Below are positions 37,909 through 46,704 of a DNA stretch of 64,000 nucleotides, in pieces. The stretch's first letter is position 1. Each line of letters opens with the position of its first letter. Source of the stretch: an uncultured Solirubrobacterales bacterium. Lineage in GTDB: Bacteria > Actinomycetota > Thermoleophilia > Solirubrobacterales > Solirubrobacteraceae. The translations under genes were made by a program, and so were the position numbers. Where the stretch lies: NCBI GenBank assembly GCA_963742025.1, contig CAVUKF010000001.1:2987-66986 (forward strand), written 5' to 3'. The notes under the pieces are model-generated. The model searched no databases, had not been told where the DNA came from, and saw nothing but the letters and a program-made list of their open reading frames with translations.

Positions 37909-39606
37909 ATGCTGATCAGTGGACTGGGGCGCGCAGCCCGGTTGCGCGCCCTCGCAACTCGTGTGGTGTTCGTGGCCGTTGTGATCGTCCCGTGCTTCGG
38001 TTGCGCTGCTGCGTTTGGCGCGACCACGATTTCGGTCTCGAGCCTCGCCGCAGGGCTTGGTGACGGCGGTGCGGGGCGCTGCACGTTGCGTGATGCGCTC
38101 GTGGTCGCAGACCTGGCGTCCAACCCGGCGTTGGGAACCAGAGCTGAGCCAGGCGGAGCCAACGCGTCCCGTGACTGCAGGCGGAGGGTCAGGGGCCGCG
38201 GGTCGCCATACAAGGTCAGGCTTGCTGCCGGCGCCGTGTACACGCTGAGCGCGATCGATGACTACTGGTTCGGGCCGGACGGGCTGCCTCCGATCTCCGC
38301 TGCGGTGACGATCGTTGGCAACGGCGCGACGATCACCAGATCTACCGCGAGCGAGACCCCGGGCTTCCGGTTCTTCTACGTGTCCGGCGGGTTGTCGGGA
38401 ATCCCGGTGGGTCATTTGACATTGGAGAACCTGAGCCTCTCCAACGGACTGGCGCTGGGCGGTGCATCTGGTGGGGGCGGAGGTGGCGCCGGGATGGGCG
38501 GCGCGATCTTCAACCAGGGGGTGCTCGCCCTGCGGCACGTCACCCTGAGCGGCAACGAGGCGCAAGGCGCAACGGGGAGCCGCCCTGTGCTCGACGGCAG
38601 CGGTGGCGGGATCGGGCCCGATGGAGGCTTCGGCGGGTCGGCCCCTGGTGCGCACGGCGGTGCCGGTGGTGCCGAGAACGCCGATCTCAGCGGTCGCGCC
38701 AACGATGGTGACGCCGGCGGCGGCGGTGGCTTCCGGGCAGCGGATCCTGGTCACAGCGGCGCGTCAGGGGGGGTGCCCGGCGGCAAGGGCGGCTTTGGCG
38801 GCGGTGGTGGCGACGGCGGCTACGGTGGGAACGGCGACGATGACGATGGCGCCGGTGGCGCGTTCGGTCATCGCGGCGGCGCCCCCCACATCTTCGGCGG
38901 GCCCAACGGTGACGGTGTCGGCGGCGGCGGTGGCGGCGGCGTCGGCGGTGGTGGGGCGCTGGGCGCCAATGCGACCGGATCTGGCGGCGGTTTCGCCGGC
39001 GGCGGTTCACAGGCGAGCTGCGACAGCGGCGGCTGCAGTGGCGGCAACGGTGGCTTCGGCGGGGGCGGCGCGGGTTCAGGCGACGGCGGCAACGACGGAA
39101 ACGGCGGCTTCGGCGCCGGGCACGGAAACGGGAATGGGGGTGGGGGCGGAGCGGGAATGGGTGGCGCGGTCTTTTCGCTGTTCGGTACCGTTTCGGCGTC
39201 TGACTCAACCATGTCTGCCAACAGCGCGATCGGCGGCGCCGGCGACGCGTCGTCCGCTGACGGAACCGCCGGGGACGGCCTTGGAGGGGCGATCTTCAAC
39301 GTCGATGGAACGGTGTCGGTGAGCGGCTCCACGATCGGTGAGAACACGGCTAAGGGCGGCGCAGCGGCCGGTGGCGGGATCTACAGCCTCGCGTTCGGGA
39401 ACACGATCGCGCGCGGCGGCGCAACGGTGGCGACGCTCGAGGTCGCCGCCTCGACTGTGACCGGCGACCACGGCGCCGATGGCCAGGCGGACGATCTCGT
39501 GCTGAATCGCATCCATGCCAGGCATGCGAACGCGAGTACAGGGACGGTCCTCGCGACGAGCACCGTCGGTGTCACGACCGTGACCGGCGGGGCGCTCGAG
39601 CGCTGA
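37909..39606 (+). CDS. secreted Gly-rich beta-helix-like protein with CSLREA-like motif
   Basis: Signal peptide; CTLRDA; repeated GGA(I/V)F(N/S) and GGGIYS; long Gly-rich insert. Confidence 0.7.
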   Translation: MLISGLGRAARLRALATRVVFVAVVIVPCFGCAAAFGATTISVSSLAAGLGDGGAGRCTLRDALVVADLASNPALGTRAEPGGANASRDCRRRVRGRGSPYKVRLAAGAVYTLSAIDDYWFGPDGLPPISAAVTIVGNGATITRSTASETPGFRFFYVSGGLSGIPVGHLTLENLSLSNGLALGGASGGGGGGAGMGGAIFNQGVLALRHVTLSGNEAQGATGSRPVLDGSGGGIGPDGGFGGSAPGAHGGAGGAENADLSGRANDGDAGGGGGFRAADPGHSGASGGVPGGKGGFGGGGGDGGYGGNGDDDDGAGGAFGHRGGAPHIFGGPNGDGVGGGGGGGVGGGGALGANATGSGGGFAGGGSQASCDSGGCSGGNGGFGGGGAGSGDGGNDGNGGFGAGHGNGNGGGGGAGMGGAVFSLFGTVSASDSTMSANSAIGGAGDASSADGTAGDGLGGAIFNVDGTVSVSGSTIGENTAKGGAAAGGGIYSLAFGNTIARGGATVATLEVAASTVTGDHGADGQADDLVLNRIHARHANASTGTVLATSTVGVTTVTGGALER

Positions 39607-39707
39607 GGGTCTCGGACGCCTCGCCGCCCGATCTCGCACGCCTCGCCGCCCGATCCCGGCGGACGCATACCGCGCTGCGCGCTTCGGCGACCGCCTGCGT
39701 CAGCCGC

Positions 39708-42368
39708 CTACCCGACAGGGCCCGTTTCTGCGCCCCAAAGCTGGTTTGCGAACACCGTGCTGCCACTCGTCATATGGATCGTCGAGGTGAACAGCGGGAA
39801 GCCCGGCGCGAGGGTGCTCAGCACGAACGGGTCGGAGAAGTTGCTGTCGGTCGCCCCGTTGATCAGCGCGGCGTCGGCGCTGGTGATCGGGGTGGTGGAG
39901 TCGATGATCCAGATCGTCTTGGCGGTGAGTCCACAGGGTTCAAGGCCAACTTGTGTGCCGTTGGCGGGAGTGGTCGGGACGCCGACGCAGTCGCCAGTCC
40001 CCACGCCGAACGGCGCGTACTCAAACTCGTACGCGTTGAGCGAGGCATAGGGCGCCATGCCGGTCGCGATCAGGTTGGCATCGATGAAGTCCTGAACCGG
40101 GCCCTCGTTCTGGAGCGTGAAGTCCTCCCCGGAATTGACGTTGCTCGGCTGGGCGAGCGTCAGCGGCTGACCGGTGTTCTGGGCCTCAGGCACGTCGGCG
40201 AGCACGAACACCGGATCGCTCGAGGTGCCGTACAGCGCGCTCGAGAAGTCGATGCACTGGGCACCACACGCCGGCGTGGCCGCTGTGTGTTCGTTCGGGT
40301 CGCAGTCGCCGTCGTGGTCGTAGTCCATGCAGACTGAGGTTGGCGTCAGGATCACGAAAGCTGCTGTGAGGGCGGCGCTGCGCTGGCCGGCGAGGGTGGC
40401 GGTCACCGTCAGCAGGTAGCGGCCTGGTGCGAGGGCGTGGCCGTGCAGACGGCCGGTGAAGCGCAGGGTGTTGATGCCGGCGCGATCACGATGGGAGAAC
40501 GTACCGACAGTCGCCGGCTTGCCACAACGACCGCGCGAGCCGGCACAGTGCAGCACCGTCGAGGTACTGCGGGCGGCGAGCGTGTCGCGATAACGGATCA
40601 TCACGCCCGCCTCGGGGCTGGTTGTGATCGTCGGGCCGCTGGCCGCGGCCAGGAATGCCCGCACGGACAGCCTCAGCCCGCTCAACCGAGGTGTGGATCG
40701 TTTGACCCTGTAGCTGATCTGCGCACTTGCGGTCTGCCCGTCGCTGCTCGTGGCTGTGACCGTGTACTTGTGAGGACCCGCGGTCAACGTATCGAGATGC
40801 CCGGATCCGCCGCTGGAGGTCTTGACGCCGTTGCTGTCATCGCAGGAGGACAACCCGGGGCCACCGGCGCCCTCAGAGCATGAGAAGCGTGTCGGGACCG
40901 ACTGCCCGACCGTGTAGTTCCTGCCCGACGCCGGCACGGAGATCGACGCCGAAGGCGGGCGCGGAGCGGGGGGCGCCGCCACGACCGTGTAGCTGATCTG
41001 CGCACTTGCGGTCTGCCCGTCGCTGCTGGTGGCGTTGATCGTGTAGGTGTGAGGGCCGAGGGCGGAGGTATCCAGGTGCCCGGATCCCCCGCTGTGCGTG
41101 CTGGTACCGGTGCTGTCATCGCAAGAGGAGAGCCCGGTGCCCCCGACGCCCTCCGCACACGTGAAGCTTGTCGGAACCGACTGCCCCTGCGCATACGTTC
41201 CGCCCGACGGCGGCGAGGAGATCGACGCGCTCGGGGCTCCGGGCACCATCAGCTCGGCGCTCTGCAGGAAGTCGTCGCCGTCGAACCCCCCGGCGATCAA
41301 CACGCGTCCACCGGGTAGCGCTACTGCCACGCCGCCCTCGCGAGCGGCCTGAAGCTCGCTGCCACCAGAGGCAGGCAGCGCGGTGAACGTGTCCGTCGAC
41401 GGGTCGAACAGCTCGGCGCTCTGCAGGAAGTCGCCGCCGTCGAACCCCCCGGCGCTCAGCACCCGCCCATCAGCCAGCGGCGCCGAGAGCGCGCCCTCGC
41501 GAGCGGCTTGCAGCTCGCTGCCACCAGAGGCAGGCAGCGCGGTGAACGTGTCCGTTGACGGGTTGAACAGCTCGGCGCTCTGCAGGAAGTTGGTGCCGTC
41601 GAAGCCCCCGGCGATCAGCACCTGCCCGCCGGACAGGGATGCCGCCACGGCACCGTCCCGAGCGGTCTGGAGCTCGCTGCTGCCAGACGCCGCCAGTGCC
41701 GTGAACGTGTCTGTGGACGGGTCGAACAGCTCCGCGCTCTGCAGGTAGCTGTTGCCGTCAAAGCCCCCCGCGATCAGCACCTCGCCATTGGCCAGCGGAG
41801 CCGCGACCGCACCCTCACGAGCGGTCTGCAGCTCGCTGCTGCCGGACGGCGCCAACGCCGTGAACGTGTTCGTGGAGGGATCGAAGCGCTCGGCGCTCTG
41901 CAGGATACCGCCCGAGTTGGCACCCCCGGCGATCAACACCTGGCCATTGGGCAGCGGCGCCGCGACCGCACCCTCACGAGCGGTCTGCAGCTCGCTGCTG
42001 CCAGACGCCGCCAGTGCCGTGAACGTGTCCGTGGACGGGTCGAACAGCTCCGCGCTCTGCAGGAACGTGTTGCCGTCGAGGCCCCCGGCGATCAGCACCT
42101 GCCCACCGGGCAGCGCAGCCGCGGCCGCACCCTCGCGGGCGCTCTGCAGCTCGCTGCTGCCAGACGCCGGCAACTCCATGAAAACCGGATTGGGGCCGGC
42201 CGCGCGCGCCACCCCGACCGAACCCAAGATGGTAACCCCCACCAGCAGGAACGCGCCGGCGGCGCGCCTCCCGGCGCAGATCACGGCCGCGACAACTTGC
42301 TCCAGAGCCAACCGCCACACCTCCCAGACGCGCAGACACCGCGCAGAACGCCGCCTGAGACCTACCAA
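39708..42368 (-). CDS. secreted Kelch-repeat protein with two Ig-like repeats and extra C-terminal domains
   Basis: Six 53-aa Kelch repeats (VLIAGG...QSAELFDP); duplicated Y..GQSVPT.F.C.EG.GG.GLSSCDD module; start uncertain. Confidence 0.82.
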   Translation of the reverse strand: MVGLRRRSARCLRVWEVWRLALEQVVAAVICAGRRAAGAFLLVGVTILGSVGVARAAGPNPVFMELPASGSSELQSAREGAAAAALPGGQVLIAGGLDGNTFLQSAELFDPSTDTFTALAASGSSELQTAREGAVAAPLPNGQVLIAGGANSGGILQSAERFDPSTNTFTALAPSGSSELQTAREGAVAAPLANGEVLIAGGFDGNSYLQSAELFDPSTDTFTALAASGSSELQTARDGAVAASLSGGQVLIAGGFDGTNFLQSAELFNPSTDTFTALPASGGSELQAAREGALSAPLADGRVLSAGGFDGGDFLQSAELFDPSTDTFTALPASGGSELQAAREGGVAVALPGGRVLIAGGFDGDDFLQSAELMVPGAPSASISSPPSGGTYAQGQSVPTSFTCAEGVGGTGLSSCDDSTGTSTHSGGSGHLDTSALGPHTYTINATSSDGQTASAQISYTVVAAPPAPRPPSASISVPASGRNYTVGQSVPTRFSCSEGAGGPGLSSCDDSNGVKTSSGGSGHLDTLTAGPHKYTVTATSSDGQTASAQISYRVKRSTPRLSGLRLSVRAFLAAASGPTITTSPEAGVMIRYRDTLAARSTSTVLHCAGSRGRCGKPATVGTFSHRDRAGINTLRFTGRLHGHALAPGRYLLTVTATLAGQRSAALTAAFVILTPTSVCMDYDHDGDCDPNEHTAATPACGAQCIDFSSALYGTSSDPVFVLADVPEAQNTGQPLTLAQPSNVNSGEDFTLQNEGPVQDFIDANLIATGMAPYASLNAYEFEYAPFGVGTGDCVGVPTTPANGTQVGLEPCGLTAKTIWIIDSTTPITSADAALINGATDSNFSDPFVLSTLAPGFPLFTSTIHMTSGSTVFANQLWGAETGPVG
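41250..42170 (-). repeat. intragenic 159-bp tandem repeats (Kelch blades)
   Basis: gtgaacgtgt...gaacagctc recurs near 41383, 41542, 41701, 41860 and 42019. Confidence 0.9.
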
Positions 42369-42455
42369 CTTCTAGGGCACAGATGCGCAGACCGCGGCAC
42401 ACGTGGCGCCCGTCACGCGGCAAGTCGAGACACCGACGGTTTATGTTGGACAACC

Positions 42456-43319
42456 ATGATCGAGCTCGCCCGCGGCCTATCCCCAGATGAGCTGCGCGCG
42501 TTGGCCGAAATGGAGGCAAGGGTTCTGGCGGCCGACGGCGGCCGGCTGAAGCTCGAGTGGAGCGTGCTCAGGACTCGTGATGCACGAGACGTCGAGGACG
42601 TGCTCTGGCGAGAGGATGGCCGGCTGCTGGGATTCCTGGGTCTGTACGCCTTCGGAGGACCGACGGTCGAGATTGCCGGCATGGTCGATCCCGCCGCGCG
42701 ACGTCGCGGGATTGCGACCAAGCTCCTTGACGCCGCCGTGCCGATCTGTCGCGAGCGCAGGTACCGGCGGGCGCTGCTCGTGACTCCCCGCGGGTCGGCT
42801 GCCGGGCGGGAGTTCGCCCGGAGCAGAGCCGCGCGGCTCGAGCACTCAGAACACGCCCTCGTGCTCCAGGGCGCGCCGACTGAGGGCCCGACCGATGCGA
42901 GGCTCAGGTTGCGAACCGCGACGCCGGCAGATGCCTCCGAGGTCTCGCGGTTGCTCGCTGCCGCGTTCGGCGAACCCCCGACTGATCTGGCCGACCGCTT
43001 GGCGGAGAACTCCGAGCGAACCATCGTGGTGGAGCTCGATCGCCTCGTCGTCGGCACGGTCCGGGTGACACGCGACGGTGACACCGGCAGTGTCTATGGG
43101 TTCGCCGTGGACCCAGTCTTGCAGGGCCGTGGCATCGGTCGGGACGTTCTGCGCAGGGTGTGTCGTGAACTCCGAGATCAGGGTGTGCGGCAGATCGGTC
43201 TTGAGGTCGCGGTCGAAAACGAGCATGCGCTCGGCCTCTACACCTCTCTCGGGTTCGTCCAAACGACCACCGAGGACTACTACGAGTTTCCGGTGAGCGA
43301 GGCGGCGCAGGTCAGATGA
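42456..43319 (+). CDS. tandem GNAT acetyltransferase
   Basis: VDP.ARRRGIA and VDP.LQGRGIG motif A; N..A..LY..LGF; TATGTT -10 upstream. Confidence 0.88.
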   Translation: MIELARGLSPDELRALAEMEARVLAADGGRLKLEWSVLRTRDARDVEDVLWREDGRLLGFLGLYAFGGPTVEIAGMVDPAARRRGIATKLLDAAVPICRERRYRRALLVTPRGSAAGREFARSRAARLEHSEHALVLQGAPTEGPTDARLRLRTATPADASEVSRLLAAAFGEPPTDLADRLAENSERTIVVELDRLVVGTVRVTRDGDTGSVYGFAVDPVLQGRGIGRDVLRRVCRELRDQGVRQIGLEVAVENEHALGLYTSLGFVQTTTEDYYEFPVSEAAQVR

Positions 43320-45494
43320 GTGAGTTGATCAGTGCCGCGGCGCGGGCCGCGCCGTCCGTGGCTACCGGGCGGTAGTCGGGCCTGCGGCCGATCTCCCGGG
43401 CGATCGCGGCTGCGATCGCCTCCGGCGGGGAGTCGTCGAAGTCCAAGCGTCCGGTGGCGCCGTAGCGCTCGAGACGGTGCGCGACGTGGAGGTTCTGTTC
43501 GAAGTGGTGGCGCAGCGGGAAGTAGATGAAGGGCCGCCGGTTCGCGATCAGCTCCATGCAGGTCGTGAGCCCGCCCTGCACGACCGCCAGGTCGCATGCC
43601 GCGAGGTGCCTGTGCAGGTCGGGCACGTACGGCAGGATCTCGAGTCCATCGGAGTTCGGTAGCGAAGCGGGGTCGATCCGAGGCCCGGCGACGACGATCA
43701 TGCGCAACCTCGGCACCAGGCGCTTCGCCTCGGGGAAGCTGGCGATCACCCGCCGCAGGAGGTCGGCGCCGACGCCCGAGCCGCCGACGCTGACGATGCA
43801 GACCTGCTCGCCGGGGAGTAGCCGAGCTCGGCTCGTACTGCTGATCGGTCCGAGAGTTGAGCAGGGTCAAAGCCGCTGATGAAACCCGAGAAGCTGAAGT
43901 GCTGTTGGGTCCAGTCGCGGATCGCCGGCAATCCATCGCCAAAGCTGTCTGGGACGATGTCGTCGGGCTCGCCGACGAAGATCGCCCGGTCGCGGACGCG
44001 CGGGTAGCGGGCGATCTGTTCGATCATCTCTGCGTTGTAGTCGCTGGTCAGAAATGCTTCGCGCTCGCCGCCGTCGGGCATCGGCAGGTAGCCGACGAAG
44101 TCGGTCAGCCACACGTAGGCTGCCGATTTGAGCTCGGGGTTCTCGTGCAGGTGGTAATCGACGTCCCATGCCTCGTCGCCGATCCAGACGTCGTACTGCT
44201 CCGCTCCGACGACATCGAGGAACACCATGAAGTTGGCGAGCAGGATCTCGTCCATTCGTCGCAACGCCTCGAAGCAGGGCAGCTCGTGGCCGTCGGACTC
44301 GGCCTGCATGTGGGCCGACTCACTGGCCAGTTGTGCACTGGCGGGGTGGATTCGCTCGCCGCGTGGCTCGAGCACCGACGTCACGGGATGCTGGGCCAGC
44401 CAGTCGATCTCGAGGTCTGGGCGGAGCCTGCGCAGCTCGTCGGCGATCGCGAGGTCCCGCCGGGCATGGCCAAGTCCGATCGGCGAGGACACGTACAGCA
44501 CTCGCCTGCGCCGCGAGGCAGCGCGGACCCATCGCCGCCCCCCAGTCCGAGCGATCGGGTGTGGCGCGCAGAGGAACTCGCGCAGCAGCAGGTTGACCTT
44601 GACCGGGTCCTTCACGTTCGGGAGATGTCCGGCGCCAACGAGGGTGACGAGCCGGCCCCCGGTCGCCTGAGCGAGAGCCGCACCCTGTGCATGGGGTCGT
44701 ACGAGGTCGTCGTCGCCGTGAATGACCAGCGTCGGGCAGCGCACGCGGCCGCAGTGCTCCCGCCAGCGCTTGTGTCCACCGAGGATGAGCCCTCGAACGG
44801 TGTCGGCCAGAACGTCGGGAGTCGTGTCCTGCGCCCAGGCGACAAAGTCCTCGATCTGCTTGGTCGAATGGGGCTCGCTCAGACACTTTCCGGCGAAGAA
44901 GTCCAGGAAGCCGCCGTAGTCCCGCTGCCAGTAGAAGCTGTTGTACTTCGCCCAGTCCTCGTCGGTGTCGAGCGGCGCGTCGAACGCGTATTGCTCTCGT
45001 TCGGGGAAATGGGGGGCGAGCGAGACCGCCGGCGCGATGTAGGCGATCCGCCGCACCCGCGTCGGATGCTCGGAGGCGAGCACGGTCGCCCACAGCGCTC
45101 CGCAGGAGAGCGCGACAAGCGAGGCGGTCTGCGTTCCGGTTTCGTCCATGACTGCGAGCGCGTCGGCCGCAAACTCCTCGGTCGTATACGCCTCAGCTCC
45201 CGCCGGCCGGTCGGACCGGCCATTGCCCCGCCCGTCAAACGTGATCACCCGGGAGTAGCGGGCAAGGAACGGGATCTGCGGCTTCCAGCAGCGCGAGTGG
45301 ACGATCGACCAGGTCGGAAGCAGCAGCAGCGTCGTGTCGCCGTCTCCGTAGGACTCCCAGAAGATCCGAACCCCGGCCCGGTCGACGTACCCCTCCTGGT
45401 CGGGGTAGCGCGCACGTGTCTGCGAGCGCGGGCCGGCGCCCGCGGGCCCCGTAGAGCCCGCGGGCGCCGCGATCCGCTCCCCCGCTGCGGTCAC
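43312..45494 (-). CDS. alpha/beta-hydrolase / GT-B glycosyltransferase fusion, with a 1-nt frameshift near 43815
   Basis: FDGRGNGRSD, ALSCG, HG..D, GAGH; then SSPIGLGHARRD, VSVGGSG, CDLAVVQGGLTT, HFEQ; frames join if the G run at 43813-43816 gains one base. Confidence 0.8.
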
Positions 45495-46573
45495 GCACGC
45501 GCCTCGAAGACGAGGTTGAACGGGGTCTCAGCCGCCCGCCGAAAGCGGGTGAGACCGCCGGCCTGCACAACGTCGCGGATCCGTGCCTCACCAGCCTGCG
45601 CACCCAACGCGAGCCCGACGTCCTGCGAGAGGGAGGCAGGCGTGCAAAGCAGGGTCGAGAATGCGTAGAAGGCGCGGCCGACCGGGTTGAGGTTGTCCTC
45701 GATCCGGTCACCGGCGTTGGGCTCGACGATCATCCAGGTCCCACCGGGCGCGAGCGTCTCGCGGACGTGGCGCGCGGCACCGACCGGGTCTCCCATGTCG
45801 TGCAAGCAGTCGAACATCGTCACAAGGTCGTAGTCATCACCACTGTACGCCGAGGCCGCCGCGACGTGGAACTCAGTCCGGTCGGCCACCCCCGCCTCCT
45901 GCGCTCGCGCGCGGGCGGTCTCGATCGAACCGTCGTGGTAGTCGGAGCCGATGAACCTCGAGTTGGGGAACGCCTGCGCCATCAGGATCGTCGAGGCGCC
46001 GTGGCCGCAGCCGACGTCGGCCACGCGCCCGCCCCGCTCGAGCTTGCCCACCACGCCGTCGAGCGCGGGCAGCCACTCGGCGATCAGGTGGGCGTTGTAG
46101 CCCGGCCTGAAGAACCGCTCACAGCCCTCGTGGACGTCGTGGACGTGCTCGTGCCAGCCGAAGCCCTCGCCCGTGCGCGCCAGTTCGACGATCTTCGGTG
46201 AGTCGAGAACCGAGCCAACGGCGATCTGGAAGAAACCCGGTAGGTAGGCCGGACTGGACGAGTCGGTGAGCGCAACGGTCTGCTCTGGCGGCAATGTGTA
46301 GCGGCCACTGTCGGGGTCGTAGGTGACGTAGCCGCCAGCTGCCTGGGCGCCCAGCCACTCACGCACGTAGCGCTCGGCCGTCCCCGTGCGGTCCGCGAGT
46401 TCGGCGGGCGAGAGCCCCCCGGTTCCGGCCAGGGCCCGGTAGAGCCCGAGCCGATCGCCCATCACAACCAGCGCGGAGTTCAACGTCGCGCCGACCTCGT
46501 CAACAGCTCGAAAGACGAACTGCATAAGCTTGTCGCCATCGACCTCGGTCGGCGGCTGCTCAAGTGTGCTCAC
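45491..46573 (-). CDS. wHTH + SAM-dependent methyltransferase (Rv2258c-like)
   Basis: GDRLGLY, ERYVREWL, DVGCGHG, FDCLHDMGDP, LGAQAG, TPFN; AGGAGG RBS. Confidence 0.9.
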   Translation of the reverse strand: MSTLEQPPTEVDGDKLMQFVFRAVDEVGATLNSALVVMGDRLGLYRALAGTGGLSPAELADRTGTAERYVREWLGAQAAGGYVTYDPDSGRYTLPPEQTVALTDSSSPAYLPGFFQIAVGSVLDSPKIVELARTGEGFGWHEHVHDVHEGCERFFRPGYNAHLIAEWLPALDGVVGKLERGGRVADVGCGHGASTILMAQAFPNSRFIGSDYHDGSIETARARAQEAGVADRTEFHVAAASAYSGDDYDLVTMFDCLHDMGDPVGAARHVRETLAPGGTWMIVEPNAGDRIEDNLNPVGRAFYAFSTLLCTPASLSQDVGLALGAQAGEARIRDVVQAGGLTRFRRAAETPFNLVFEARA

Positions 46574-46704
46574 TTCACCCTCCTAAGGGTCGTTTTCGAG
46601 ATCGACCCTACGTCGGCGGTAGCCCGGTTCGCTTCCGGGGGGCACCTAGTCTTCGGCCGGCCACAGCAGTCTCTTTAGCAGCCCTTTAGATCTAGACTCT
46701 GACA

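Noticed and set aside
38580-39170. PE-PGRS protein
   Set aside because: No PE domain; it has a Sec-type signal and beta-helix repeats.
39616-39655. 18-bp direct repeat ACGCCTCGCCGCCCGATC x2 as att site or target duplication
   Set aside because: Only 4 bp between copies and no mobile gene; probably slippage.
41250-42170. CRISPR array or DGR template/variable repeats
   Set aside because: In-frame 159-bp coding repeats without unique spacers, cas genes or reverse transcriptase.
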